DNA from: an uncultured Coriobacteriia bacterium
GTDB lineage: Bacteria > Actinomycetota > Coriobacteriia > Anaerosomatales > PALSA-660
Direction of reading: 5' to 3'
DNA: 64,000 bases
Assembly: GCA_963695385.1 (NCBI GenBank)
Contig: OY968780.1
Coordinates: 363,339 to 427,338 of the forward strand
A program made the translations under genes and the position numbers. Below the pieces are notes generated by a model. It searched no databases and was not told where the DNA came from. It saw only the letters and a program-made list of their open reading frames with translations. This document shows positions 50,217-60,052 of this stretch, piece by piece. Every line of letters starts with the position of its first letter. Within the stretch, counting starts at the first letter, position 1.

Positions 50217-50837
50217 GTGAGCACACTGACGCAGTTCGCTCTACTGCTTGTGGGATCGGCGCTTGTCAGCAACATCCTGCTTACGAGGTTCATCGCGCTG
50301 TGCAGCTTCTTCGGCATCAGCAACGATATGAACACGTCGATCGGGATGAGCCTCGCCGTCATCTTCGTAATGGTGATGGCCTCCGCCGGAACGTGGCTCT
50401 TCTACTACCTACTTCTCGTACCGCTGGGTGTGGGTGAGTTCCTCTACATCCCGGCGTTCATCCTCGTCATCGCCGCTCTTGTCCAGTTCGTGGAGATGTA
50501 CCTGCGCAAGTACAGCCCCGCTCTCTATCGCGCCATGGGCATCTACCTTCCGCTCATAACCACGAACTGCGCGGTGTTGGCGGCGGCCACGGAGGCCGTG
50601 AAGCCCGGCTTCTTCAAGATGAACATGGCGTACCACTTCACGTTCGGCGAGACCCTCGTCTACAACCTGGGCGTGGCGCTGGGCTTCGGATTCGCGCTCC
50701 TGTGCTTCACGGCGATACGCGAGCGTCTCGAACTCGCGCCGGTGCCCCGCTCGCTGCGCGGGACTCCCATGGCGTTCATTACGGCCGGTCTGCTCTCGCT
50801 CGGCTACATCGGCCTCGGCTCGCTCTTCGGTCTGTAG
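50217..50837 (+). CDS. rnfA: Rnf complex subunit A
   Basis: Contains ALVSNILLT.F...C.F and LPLITTNCAVL. Confidence 0.9.
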   Translation: MSTLTQFALLLVGSALVSNILLTRFIALCSFFGISNDMNTSIGMSLAVIFVMVMASAGTWLFYYLLLVPLGVGEFLYIPAFILVIAALVQFVEMYLRKYSPALYRAMGIYLPLITTNCAVLAAATEAVKPGFFKMNMAYHFTFGETLVYNLGVALGFGFALLCFTAIRERLELAPVPRSLRGTPMAFITAGLLSLGYIGLGSLFGL

Positions 50838-50849
50838 GGGAGGCGCACA

Positions 50850-51761
50850 ATGGACTTCATGGTGGTCGTCAAGGCGGTAGGTGCGCTCAGCTTCATCGGC
50901 GCGATCGCCGCGGTCATGCTGGCGACCGCGGCGCAGAAGTTCCACGTCGAGATAGACCCGCGCATCCAGGAGATCCTGGATGCCCTGCCGGGCTCGAATT
51001 GCGGCGCTTGCGGCAACCCGTCGTGCTTCGCCACGGCGGAGGGGATCGCCGAGGAGCGCCTCGTCGTCACCGCGTGCGTCGCGGGTGGCCAGGAGGTCGC
51101 GGACAGCATCGCGACCATCATGGGTCTGGAGAGCTGTGCCGTGGCGTCCGTCGTGTCGTGCCGGCACTGCGGTGGCGGCACCAGCGCGACCCGCGCCTTC
51201 GACTACGGCGGCGCGCAGTCCTGCGCGGCTGTCAACAAGCTCGCAGGCGGTTCGATCCTGTGCCCCAACGGCTGTCTAGGGTACGGGGACTGCGTCAACT
51301 CGTGCCCATTCGACGCCATGAAGCTGGATGATCGGGGTCTGCCCGTCATCGACCTGGCGAAATGCACCGGGTGCGGGATCTGCGTGACCGAGTGTCCTCG
51401 CGGAACCCTGAACCTGCTCCAGCTGGTGCCCGATTCGGGGCCGATCATCGTCCGCTGCAGTTCTCATGACAAGCCCGCCATCCGCAGGCACTATTGCACC
51501 CGGTATTGCAGCGCCTGCAAGAAGTGCGAGAAGGCCTGTCCGGAGGACGCCATACACGTCATCGACTGGCTCGCGGTCGTGGACTACGACAAGTGCACCG
51601 GATGCAACGCATGCGTGGACGTATGTCCTCAGGACTGCATCGACGTCAGCGGGCGCGCGTCCGGCCTGAACGCCGACGTGACCGACGGCGCCTCAAGGAC
51701 AGTCCCGGGCCTCGAGGTCAAGGTGCCCGTGGCATCCGCTGGGGAGGCAGACGGGGCGTGA
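50850..51761 (+). CDS. rnfB: Rnf complex subunit B (N-terminal anchor plus poly-ferredoxin)
   Basis: CGACGNPSC, followed by several CxxCxxCxxxCP clusters. Confidence 0.9.
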   Translation: MDFMVVVKAVGALSFIGAIAAVMLATAAQKFHVEIDPRIQEILDALPGSNCGACGNPSCFATAEGIAEERLVVTACVAGGQEVADSIATIMGLESCAVASVVSCRHCGGGTSATRAFDYGGAQSCAAVNKLAGGSILCPNGCLGYGDCVNSCPFDAMKLDDRGLPVIDLAKCTGCGICVTECPRGTLNLLQLVPDSGPIIVRCSSHDKPAIRRHYCTRYCSACKKCEKACPEDAIHVIDWLAVVDYDKCTGCNACVDVCPQDCIDVSGRASGLNADVTDGASRTVPGLEVKVPVASAGEADGA

Positions 51762-52117
51762 CCCGCGGAGACCGGCTGGTGGTGGCGTTCGTCGCGCTTC
51801 TTGCCGTGCTGGCGTGGCCGGCTACGTTCCTGGCCGCCTCTGGACCCGCCGACGTTGTGGTCATCACCGGACCCCGTGGCACGACGGAGGTGCCGCTTTC
51901 CTCGGAGCGGACCCTGGACATCGACGGCATCCACGGGAGTGTCCTGGTCCGGGTCGAGGGCGGCCGCGTGCGGGTGGTCGAGTCGTCTTGCCCGGACAGG
52001 ATCTGCGTGAGGCAGGGTGCCGTCGCCGATGCTGGCGGCGCGATCGTGTGCGCTCCCAACGGCGTTACGGTTACGGTCGGGGGAGGCGGCGGTGGACTCG
52101 ATGCGGTCGTCCGCTGA
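51758..52117 (+). CDS. NusG domain II-containing protein (DUF1312)
   Basis: A signal/anchor, then VRVVESSCPDRICVRQGAV...GAIVCAPNGVTVTV, typical of this family. GTG overlaps the rnfB stop. Confidence 0.65.
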   Translation: MTRGDRLVVAFVALLAVLAWPATFLAASGPADVVVITGPRGTTEVPLSSERTLDIDGIHGSVLVRVEGGRVRVVESSCPDRICVRQGAVADAGGAIVCAPNGVTVTVGGGGGGLDAVVR

Positions 52118-52640
52118 GGGTTCGTCGGCGCGCATGCTGGCGACCGCCGGACTGCTGGTCGCGCTCGGCGCCGTGCTCGGGTTGGTGGAGAACGCCATCG
52201 TTCCGCCTCTGCCGGTCCCCGGCGTGCGCCTCGGGCTTGCCAACATCGCCGTCGTCCTGGCCTTGACCATGCTCGGCTCGCGCCGGGCTCTGCTCGTGAG
52301 CGTCCTTCGCGTCGTGATCGTGGGCATCGCCGCGGGATCGCTGGGCGGGCCCGCGGGGCTGCTTGCGCTCTCCGGCGCGGTGTCGTCTTGGGCTGTGATG
52401 GCGTTGCTGGCCCGCCACCCTGGGGTCTTCTCTGTCGTGGGGTGGGCGGTGGCCGGCGCCGCAGCGCACGTCCTGGGCCAGCTGGGCGCCGCCTGCGTGC
52501 TGACCGGGTCCGTCGCGCCGCTGATGCTCAGCCCAGTCTCTCTCGTGCTCAGTCTCGCCTGCGGCCTCACGATCGGACATGCGGCCCGTCTCCTTCTCTC
52601 CCGCCTCCCCGTCTTCGTGTCGGTGGAGGCCGCGGGATAG
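52101..52640 (+). CDS. Gx transporter family membrane protein (Hpre_diP_synt_I family)
   Basis: Contains E......LP.PGVRLGLANI.V..AL, five TM helices, and the usual pairing with a NusG-II gene. Confidence 0.65.
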   Translation: MRSSAEGSSARMLATAGLLVALGAVLGLVENAIVPPLPVPGVRLGLANIAVVLALTMLGSRRALLVSVLRVVIVGIAAGSLGGPAGLLALSGAVSSWAVMALLARHPGVFSVVGWAVAGAAAHVLGQLGAACVLTGSVAPLMLSPVSLVLSLACGLTIGHAARLLLSRLPVFVSVEAAG

Positions 52641-52668
52641 AGAGGGGGCGCCGGGAGTGGCGCCGCGC

Positions 52669-53319
52669 ATGTCGGTCGGTCGTGATGCACTGAGAGAGGT
52701 CGTCCTGTGCGGCAGGGCGGAGACGCTCTCCGACGCCGCTCTCGTGGGCATGCTCGTGTCCGAAGGATCCGAGGACGCGGGGCGGAGTGTGCTCGACGCA
52801 CACCCGATCCCGGACGGGTTCTGGAGGCTGACCGCCGAGGACCTGGTGCGCCTGCCCGGGGTCGGGCCCGCGGGTGCCGCGCGCCTTCTCGCCTGTCTCG
52901 AGATGAGCCGCCGGGCGTCGGCCTGGCCCGCATCGCGCCGGATCGCCGTCTCCACACCGGAGGACGTCCTCGCGCTGTGCGGCACACAACTGCGCGGGCT
53001 CGATCGCGAGCACTTCTGGGCACTCGCGCTCAACACGAAGAATCAGCTCTTGCGCATGGTGGAGATCTCCGTGGGCAGCCTCAACGCGTCCATAGTGCAT
53101 CCCCGAGAGCTGTTCAAGGAGGCGGTGAAGGTGTCCGCGGCATCGGTGGTCGTCGTCCACAACCACCCAAGCGGTGATCCCACGCCTTCCGGCGCCGACC
53201 TGCAGCTGACCAGGCGCCTGGCGCGCGCCGGCGAAGTACTCGGGATCGACCTGCTCGACCACGTCGTGATAGGCGACGGGGGCGCCCACGCGTCGCTTCG
53301 CGAGATGGGCGCGCTCTAG
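52669..53319 (+). CDS. radC: RadC-family JAB/MPN domain protein
   Basis: An HhH region (LPGVGPAGAARL) and the JAMM motif VVHNHPSGDPTPSGADL.LT.RL. Confidence 0.85.
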   Translation: MSVGRDALREVVLCGRAETLSDAALVGMLVSEGSEDAGRSVLDAHPIPDGFWRLTAEDLVRLPGVGPAGAARLLACLEMSRRASAWPASRRIAVSTPEDVLALCGTQLRGLDREHFWALALNTKNQLLRMVEISVGSLNASIVHPRELFKEAVKVSAASVVVVHNHPSGDPTPSGADLQLTRRLARAGEVLGIDLLDHVVIGDGGAHASLREMGAL

Positions 53320-53566
53320 ATCCCGCGATCATCGCCCTCTCGTTCCGGGCGTACCGCGGCGGCCCGCCCGCTCGGGAGTGGACGGGCCGTTCAGGTGCGC
53401 GAACGGCGCGCTGTGCTAGACTCATGGGCGTTCGGACCGCACGCGGGCCGACTTATCAGCGTGCCCTGGGGTCTGGCGCCGCAAGGTTGGCGGCGCTCCT
53501 GTGTCCCTGTTGAACTTCCCGGCGCATGGCGCCTTCGAGAGGAGAGCGCACTTGTCGCTCATCGAC

Positions 53567-54592
53567 ATGTTCTTCAATTCCTGGGGCTCTGACATGGCGG
53601 TGGATCTCGGGACCGCCAACACGCTTGTGTCCGTCCGCGGCCGGGGCATCGTCCTCATCGAGCCTTCAGTCGTTGCCGTTGAGAGGGATTCGAAGCGGGT
53701 CCTCGCGGTCGGCATCGAAGCCAAGAGGATGCTGGGACGGACTCCGGGGTCCATCGTCGCCATCCGGCCTCTGAAGGACGGCGTCATCGCCGACTTCGAG
53801 GTGACCGAGGCGATGCTGCGCTACTTCATCAACAAGACGAGGGTCAAGCGCTTCCCATGGCAGCCCAAGCCGCGCGTGGTCGTGTGTGTTCCCTCGGGCG
53901 TGACCGAGGTCGAGAAACGAGCGGTGTTCGAGGCCACGATGCAGGCCGGCGCGCGGCAGGCCTTTCTGATCGAGGAGCCGATGGCCGCCGCGATCGGCGC
54001 GGGCCTGCCCATTCAGGAGCCGACCGGCAACATGGTCGTGGACATCGGCGGAGGGACCACCGAGGTCGCCGTCATCTCCTTGGGAGGCATCGTCGTCGCG
54101 CAATCCATCCGGATCGGCGGAGACGAGTTCGACGAGGCGATCGTGGCTCACGTGAAGCGCGAGTACAACGTGCTCATCGGGGAGCGCACCGCCGAGGAGA
54201 TGAAGTTCGAGATCGGGTCGGCGTATCCTCTCTCCGAGGAGTTGGATGTGGAGGTGCGCGGTCGCGACCTCGGGTCCGGTCTGCCGCGGACGCTCCAGAT
54301 CTCATCGGAGGAGATCCGAGGCGCGGTCGAGGAGCCGACAAGGGCGATCCTCCAGGCCGTGAAGGACACCCTCGAGGAGACTCCCCCCGAGTTGGCCAGC
54401 GACGTGATGGAATACGGGATCGTGCTCACCGGTGGCGGCTCCCTTCTCAAGGGCATTGACGACCGGCTGAAGGTGGAGACGGGAATCCCGGTCCACGTCT
54501 CGGAGAACGCGCTCATCAACGTGGTCCTCGGAAGCGCCATGGCGCTCGAGGAGATCGACGTTCTGAAGAAGGTGCTGACCGTATCCCGCTAG
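53567..54592 (+). CDS. mreB: rod shape-determining protein MreB
   Basis: Contains [24 protein letters not shown] and [13 protein letters not shown]. The start is either ATG 53567 or in-frame TTG 53552, which has better RBS spacing. Confidence 0.9.
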   Translation: MFFNSWGSDMAVDLGTANTLVSVRGRGIVLIEPSVVAVERDSKRVLAVGIEAKRMLGRTPGSIVAIRPLKDGVIADFEVTEAMLRYFINKTRVKRFPWQPKPRVVVCVPSGVTEVEKRAVFEATMQAGARQAFLIEEPMAAAIGAGLPIQEPTGNMVVDIGGGTTEVAVISLGGIVVAQSIRIGGDEFDEAIVAHVKREYNVLIGERTAEEMKFEIGSAYPLSEELDVEVRGRDLGSGLPRTLQISSEEIRGAVEEPTRAILQAVKDTLEETPPELASDVMEYGIVLTGGGSLLKGIDDRLKVETGIPVHVSENALINVVLGSAMALEEIDVLKKVLTVSR

Positions 54593-54636
54593 CGGATGGC
54601 GAAGCCCGATCGCGATGGGGACGGAAAAGCGGATCC

Positions 54637-55494
54637 ATGAGACGCTTGGAGATAGACACAACACCGGGAGCCGGGCGGCCGTTCCTCCTGGTCGCGCTCG
54701 TCGTGGCCGCGCTCGTGATCACGACCGTGTGGTATCGCGAAGGTGTCGACGGCCCCATACACGTGGCGAGACGTGTCGTCCTGGCCGCGAGCACCCCCGC
54801 TGCGGTCGCCGGCACTGTGATCACCTCGCCGTTTCGGGCGGCCGCCTCCTACCTTCGGGACTCCGGCGTGTCGCATGACCAGTACGTGGCCCTGAAGCGG
54901 CAGAACGAGCAGCTCAAGGCGACGCTCGCGCAGCTGGAGGAGACGCGGCAGGAGTGCGACCGCGTCCTGGCGCTGATCGACATCACCCGCGCGCAGGACT
55001 ACAAGACGATCGGGGCGCGTGTGATCGGACGACCGACGGAGTCGTGGGAGCGCTCGATGCTCATAGACCGGGGCACTCGCGACGGCGTCTCAGCCGGCGC
55101 TCCTGTGATCGCCGCCGGCGGGCTGCTCGGCCAGGTGATCGACGTGACGTACGCGTCGGCAAAGGTCCGGCTCATCACGGCGGTGGACTCGGGCGTCGCG
55201 GTGCTGGTCCAGCGGACCAGGGCCGAGGGCCTGGTCCGCGGATCCGTGGACGGCAAGCTCACATTGGACCTTGTCACGAAGACCCCGTTGCCGGGTGATG
55301 TACTCGTGACGTCCGGCATGGGCAAGGTGTTCCCGAAAGGGTTGGTCGTGGGCGACGTGGAGCATGTCGCTGCCTCTCAGGGCGGCCTCTACCCCACGGT
55401 GGACGTGGTATCGCGCGTCGCGGTGGACAGCATCGAAGAGGTCGTGGTGATCGTCGGTTCCGTCGCCGAGCCGGCGGCCGGGGCCAACGAGTGA
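54637..55494 (+). CDS. mreC: rod shape-determining protein MreC
   Basis: An N-terminal TM helix, a coiled coil (LKRQNEQLKATLAQLEE), then a beta-barrel region with GLVGQV and TSG..G.FPKGL.VG. Confidence 0.85.
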   Translation: MRRLEIDTTPGAGRPFLLVALVVAALVITTVWYREGVDGPIHVARRVVLAASTPAAVAGTVITSPFRAAASYLRDSGVSHDQYVALKRQNEQLKATLAQLEETRQECDRVLALIDITRAQDYKTIGARVIGRPTESWERSMLIDRGTRDGVSAGAPVIAAGGLLGQVIDVTYASAKVRLITAVDSGVAVLVQRTRAEGLVRGSVDGKLTLDLVTKTPLPGDVLVTSGMGKVFPKGLVVGDVEHVAASQGGLYPTVDVVSRVAVDSIEEVVVIVGSVAEPAAGANE

Positions 55495-56003
55495 ACAGGA
55501 CATGGTCCACCGCGCTGGCTCTGCTAGCGGCGGTCATCCTCCAGGTCGCGATCGCATCCCGGATCGCGGTCTTCGGCATCGTGCCGAATCTGGTCTTCCT
55601 GGTCGTGGTCACGCTCGCGCTGGTGGAGGGCCCCGTCGCCGGATGTGTAGGCGGATTCATAGGAGGGCTTCTCTTCGATCTTCTGGGTGCCTCGGTCGTG
55701 GGCCCCTACGCCCTTGTCTTCTGCGTGGTCGGCTACGTGGCGGGACTCGTGCACGCGAACATGTTCGCGGAAGGGTGGCTGCTGCCCGTCTCCGTCGTGT
55801 TCGTGGCCGGGATCGGAATGGAGATCTCCTACGGGCTCATAATGGCCATCCTCGACGTGGGCATGCCGTTCGGGACCGCTCTGCTCAAGGTGATGCTCCC
55901 GGGGGCCGTGTATAATACGGCGCTGGCCGTGCTGTTCTACCCCCTCCTCACCCGGGTCCTGCGGCCAGACCGGACCGTGAAGTCCTTCCGCCGCCTGGCG
56001 TGA
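55491..56003 (+). CDS. mreD: rod shape-determining protein MreD
   Basis: A 170-aa polytopic membrane protein located directly after mreC, overlapping its stop by 4 nt. Confidence 0.75.
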   Translation: MNRTWSTALALLAAVILQVAIASRIAVFGIVPNLVFLVVVTLALVEGPVAGCVGGFIGGLLFDLLGASVVGPYALVFCVVGYVAGLVHANMFAEGWLLPVSVVFVAGIGMEISYGLIMAILDVGMPFGTALLKVMLPGAVYNTALAVLFYPLLTRVLRPDRTVKSFRRLA

Positions 56004-56073
56004 GAGTCGTTGCGCGACCCGCGGGCGAAGCGATCCGAGCCGCAGGACGCGCCCCCGCCGTCGGAAAGAGTCG

Positions 56074-57963
56074 ATGACCACCTTCCGCCAACAGCTCAAG
56101 GGCCGTTTCGGGGCTCTTGGCCTCATCGTGATGATGCTGATGGGCGTTCTGCTCGTGACGCTGTGGAGCATGCAGATCCTTCGAGGCCGATCCTTCGCGG
56201 CCAAGGCGGACGAGAACAGGATCCGTCAGGTCTCGATCGACGCGCCCCGTGGACGGATCCTGGACTCCAAGGGCAGGCCGCTTGTCACCAATCGCCCGGT
56301 CATCGCCGTGACAGCGGCTCCAAGCCTGCTCACCCGGGAGGACAGCGCGACGCTGCTCGCAAGGATCTCCGTGCTGATCGACGTGCCCGTGTCCGAGATC
56401 GTGACGCGCCTGGAGAGCTCCCGGCAGGAGCGCTTGAAGCCGCGCATCCTGCGGCTGGACGTCCCCATGGACACCGTGAGCTACCTGGCGGAGCACGCTC
56501 CGGAGTTCCCCGACGTGCAGGTCGAGGCCGCCGCGATCCGCGAGTATCGCAAGGGCGTCCTGGCGGCCCACGTGCTGGGGTACACGGGCGAGATATCCGA
56601 GGAGCAGTTCAAGAACGCCACGGCTCAACTGAAGCCGAACGAGAAGCCCTACTACCAGCTCGGTGACACTGTCGGCAAGGCGGGGGTCGAGTCCCAATAC
56701 GACCGGGTCCTTCAGGGTGAGAAGGGCTACCGGCGCCTCGAGGTCGATTCGCGAGGGCGGATCCACCGGATAGTGACACAGGGCGAGCCGCGCGCCGGCA
56801 AGGACATCATGCTGACCGTGGACGCCGGCGTCCAGAAGGTGGCCGAGCAGGCTCTGGCGGACGCCGTGGCTGAGGCGCACCGCCAGGGGTACAACCACGC
56901 GCGCGCCGGCGCCGCCGTGGTGCTGGACGTCAGGACAGGCGGGGTGGTCGCCATGGCGAGCGTTCCGACCTACGACCCCTCACTGTTCCTGGCTGGCATC
57001 AAGCAGGCGGACTGGGATCGGATGAACGCCAAGGGCAGCGAGTACCCGCTCAACAACCGGGCCGTGATGGCCGCGTACCCTCCAGCCTCGACCTTCAAGG
57101 CCAGTCACCGGGATGGCGGCCCTCGTCGACGGGGTCACCGGCGCGTGGACCCAGTACTACTGTGCCGGCAAGTGGACGGGGATGGGCAAGGAGTGGTCGA
57201 AATGGTGCTGGAACCATGCGGGTCACGGCGGCATCGGTTTCACCAACGGCATCGTTCAGAGCTGCGACTCGGTCTTCTACGAGATCGGAAAGGAGTTCTA
57301 CGAGAGCGATGGCGAGCCGCTCCAGGCGTTCTGCCGCAAGCTCGGTCTGGGCGCGGACACCAAGATAGACCTGCCGGGCGAGGTCAGCGGCCGCGTCCCC
57401 GACGAGGCGTGGAAGGCGAAATTCAACCGAAACTATCCCGAGTCCCAGAAATGGCTCGGCGGCGACACGGTCAACATGGCGATCGGGCAGGGCGACCTTC
57501 TCGTCACCCCGCTGCAGCTGGCGAGCGTCTACGCGGCGTTCGGCAACGGCGGCAAGGTCATGAAGCCACATCTGCTCAAGAGCGTTCTAGGCGACGACGG
57601 CCGGCCGACGCTGACTATCAAGCCGGTGGTCTCCTACGACGCCAGCATCCCCGCCTCCGATCTGGCGATCATGCGCCGCGCGCTCGTCGGGCGTCACCGA
57701 GACCGGGACGGGCAGCGGCGCCTTCGCGGGATTCCCCATCAGGGTGGCCGGCAAGACAGGCACCGCACAGGTCAAGGGCAAGGACGACTTCGCCGTGGTT
57801 CGCCTGCTACGCGCCGGCCAACAAGCCCCGCTACGCGATCAGCGTCATCATCGAGCAGGGCGGCCATGGCGGCTCCGTCGCCGGACCGGCCGCGCGCCAG
57901 ATCCTATCCAAGCTGTTCGGCGTGAAGTGGCGCGCCGTGCACACGACCGACGTCTCGAGGTAG
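56074..57963 (+). pseudogene. mrdA: penicillin-binding protein 2 (elongasome transpeptidase), with the reading frame broken by three single-base insertions
   Basis: The conserved sequence is spread over three frames. ...PPASTFK is in frame 1, up to 57099. PVTGMAALVDG...QSCDSVFY...RRALVG is in frame 2, 57101-57691. VTETGTGSGAFAGFPIRVAGKTGTAQVKGKDDFA is in frame 3, 57693-57794. WFACYAPANKPRYAISVIIEQGG... returns to frame 1, 57796-57963. Confidence 0.85.
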
Positions 57964-57967
57964 GGGC

Positions 57968-59107
57968 GTGCGCCGTCCGCGGATCAGGATCGTGACCGAC
58001 CGCCTGCATGTGAGTCTCGTGGCGTCGACGATCGCGCTGACCGCATACGGGACGCTGGTTGTCTGGTCCGCGATGGCCGGCATGACCCTGCACGACGCCA
58101 TGTTCAAGCGCCACCTTCTGGGGTTGGCGATCGGCCTGCTTCCTCTTGTCGGGCTGGGTCTGCTCGACTACCAGAAGTGGAAGGGCTGGACCGGGCCGAT
58201 GATGGTTGCCCTGTCGCTTCTCATCATCTCGCCCAGGATCCCGGGCATCGGCGCCACCTCCAAGGGAGCGGCTTCCTGGCTCGAGATCGCGGGCATTCGG
58301 CTCTTCCAGCCGTCGGAGCCGGCCAAGCTGCTCTACATCGTCGTCATGGCCGCCGTCATCGCCGAGTACGGCGGGCGCATCGCCGACAGGAGGGACATCG
58401 TCCGCATCGCCGGGTTCGCCCTGCTGCCGGTCGTGCTCATCCTCCTGCAGCCCGACCTCGGGACTGGAATGGTCTTCGCGGCGACCGCGCTCGGGATGCT
58501 GCTGGTCGGCGGCATGAGGGGGCGGTATTTCGCGATCGCCGGCGTGGTGGCGGTGATCTCCGTCGGATTGCTGCTCGCGTTGCCCGGGCCGCTCAAGGAC
58601 TACCAGAAGAACCGCCTGCTCGTCTTCGTCGACCCCGCACGGGATCCGCAGGGAGCCGGCTACAACCTCGCTCAGTCCAAGATCGCGATCGGGTCGGGCG
58701 GACTGACCGGCAAGGGGCTGAACATGAACCCGGCGAGGCTTGGGGCCGGGAGTCAGAGCAACCTCAACTTCCTGCCCGAGCGCCATACCGACTTCATCTT
58801 CGCCGTGCTGGGCGAGCAGCTCGGCTTCGTCGGGGCGATCGTGCTGCTGGGTCTGTACCTCGCCTTGCTGGCGTCCGCGCTGTCGGTCTCGACGTCTTCC
58901 CGGGACCTGTTCGGCGCGCTGATAGCTGCCGGGCTGATCTCGATGTGGATGTTCCAGATCATGGAGAACGTGGGAATGACATTGGGACTGATGCCCATCA
59001 CGGGAGTCCCGCTGCCGTTCATGAGCTTCGGGGCGTCCGCGATGGTCACCAATCTGGCCGGAGTAGGTATGCTGTTGTCGGTCTGGTCGCGCCGATACGG
59101 GACCTGA
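57968..59107 (+). CDS. rodA: SEDS-family peptidoglycan polymerase RodA
   Basis: FtsW/RodA/SpoVE signature: QPSE.AK, LQPDLGT, LPE.HTDFIFAV.GE..G and PLPFMS.G.S. Confidence 0.9.
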   Translation: MRRPRIRIVTDRLHVSLVASTIALTAYGTLVVWSAMAGMTLHDAMFKRHLLGLAIGLLPLVGLGLLDYQKWKGWTGPMMVALSLLIISPRIPGIGATSKGAASWLEIAGIRLFQPSEPAKLLYIVVMAAVIAEYGGRIADRRDIVRIAGFALLPVVLILLQPDLGTGMVFAATALGMLLVGGMRGRYFAIAGVVAVISVGLLLALPGPLKDYQKNRLLVFVDPARDPQGAGYNLAQSKIAIGSGGLTGKGLNMNPARLGAGSQSNLNFLPERHTDFIFAVLGEQLGFVGAIVLLGLYLALLASALSVSTSSRDLFGALIAAGLISMWMFQIMENVGMTLGLMPITGVPLPFMSFGASAMVTNLAGVGMLLSVWSRRYGT

Positions 59108-59132
59108 CGCCGCCGCACCGCCATAGGAGAGT

Positions 59133-60052
59133 GTGATCGTGGCCAATCTACCGATCGACGTACGCGCGCTGCTGAAGACGGGCTCCAAGCTCCTCGAACA
59201 GCGCGACATGCCGGTGCGAATCGCCGTGGTCGTCGAGTTGGACGCCCCCGATGAGCTCGTCGACGCCGTCCGCGAGGGCTTCCGGCCACGCACCGGCAAG
59301 GCGCTCGTCGACGTCGAGGTCGTGAAGCCCGGCGAGGTCGTGCGTGTGGAGTCCACCGTCGACGCCGTCGTCGTCCTGATCGGCGGCGCCGGCCCGGGAG
59401 TCACGGCGACGCTGGTCGATCTGCGCCACCGCGCGCATCCCCACGGCGGCGGTCGCCGTGCGTGAGTTCCCGGACGGGCTGGCCGCGCTCCTCGGGCATT
59501 CGGACGACGACGTGATCACCGGCACCGATCCGCATGAGATCATGCGCGGCCCGCTGGCCGACTGGCTGATTCGCCGTCTTCCCGACAAGCACACCGCGAT
59601 CGCCAGCAACTTCGAGTTCGTTCGCAGCGCGGTCGCGCGGGAGGCGGTGAAGGCCACCGCCTGGCAGAACGCCGTCATCGGGGGAGTGGCCATCATCCCC
59701 GGCGCCGACATGCCGCTCATGACGCTGAACCAGGGCAAGATGCTGCTCCAGATCGCCGCCGCCTACGGCCAGCAGCTCGGCGCCGAGAGGGTCAAGGAGC
59801 TGGCGGCCGTCGTCGGCGGCGGTCTGGTCTTCCGCGCCCTCGCGCGACAGGCGCTCACCCTCGCTCCCGGGGCTGGGCTGGGCTCTCAAGGCCGGGATCG
59901 GCTACAGCGGGACGCTCGCGATGGGGACCGCCGCCATCGCGTACTTCGAGAAGGGCGCCGACATCCCGGAGATGCTCGCCGGCCTGAGGGAGACTGCCGG
60001 AAAGGCCGCCAAGACGACGACGCAGCGCCTGAAGCTGGGCCAGCCCGAATGA
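59133..60052 (+). pseudogene. DUF697-like membrane-associated protein, with at least one +1 frameshift (near 59878) and possibly a second (near 59436)
   Basis: The DUF697-like core (IIPGADMPLMTLNQGKMLLQIAAAYG) is in frame 1. The hydrophobic C-terminus (WALKAGIGYSGTLAMGTAAIAYFEKG...) continues in frame 2, ending at TGA 60050-60052. The first 110 codons (59133-59465) are either a separate gene joined by a GTGCGTGA overlap or the frameshifted N-terminus. Confidence 0.55.

Noticed and set aside
59133-59465. Whether the first 110 codons upstream of the DUF697 core are a separate gene rather than a frameshifted N-terminus.
   Set aside because: This is left unresolved rather than rejected.

- For two genes: a GTGCGTGA start/stop overlap at 59458-59465 is a normal coupled-gene junction.
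- For a +1 slip near 59436: the frame-3 tail (HRAHPHGGGRRA) looks like out-of-frame sequence, and frame 1 reads plausibly from about 59437 (IPTAAVAVREFPDG).

I therefore count this as only a possible sixth frameshift.
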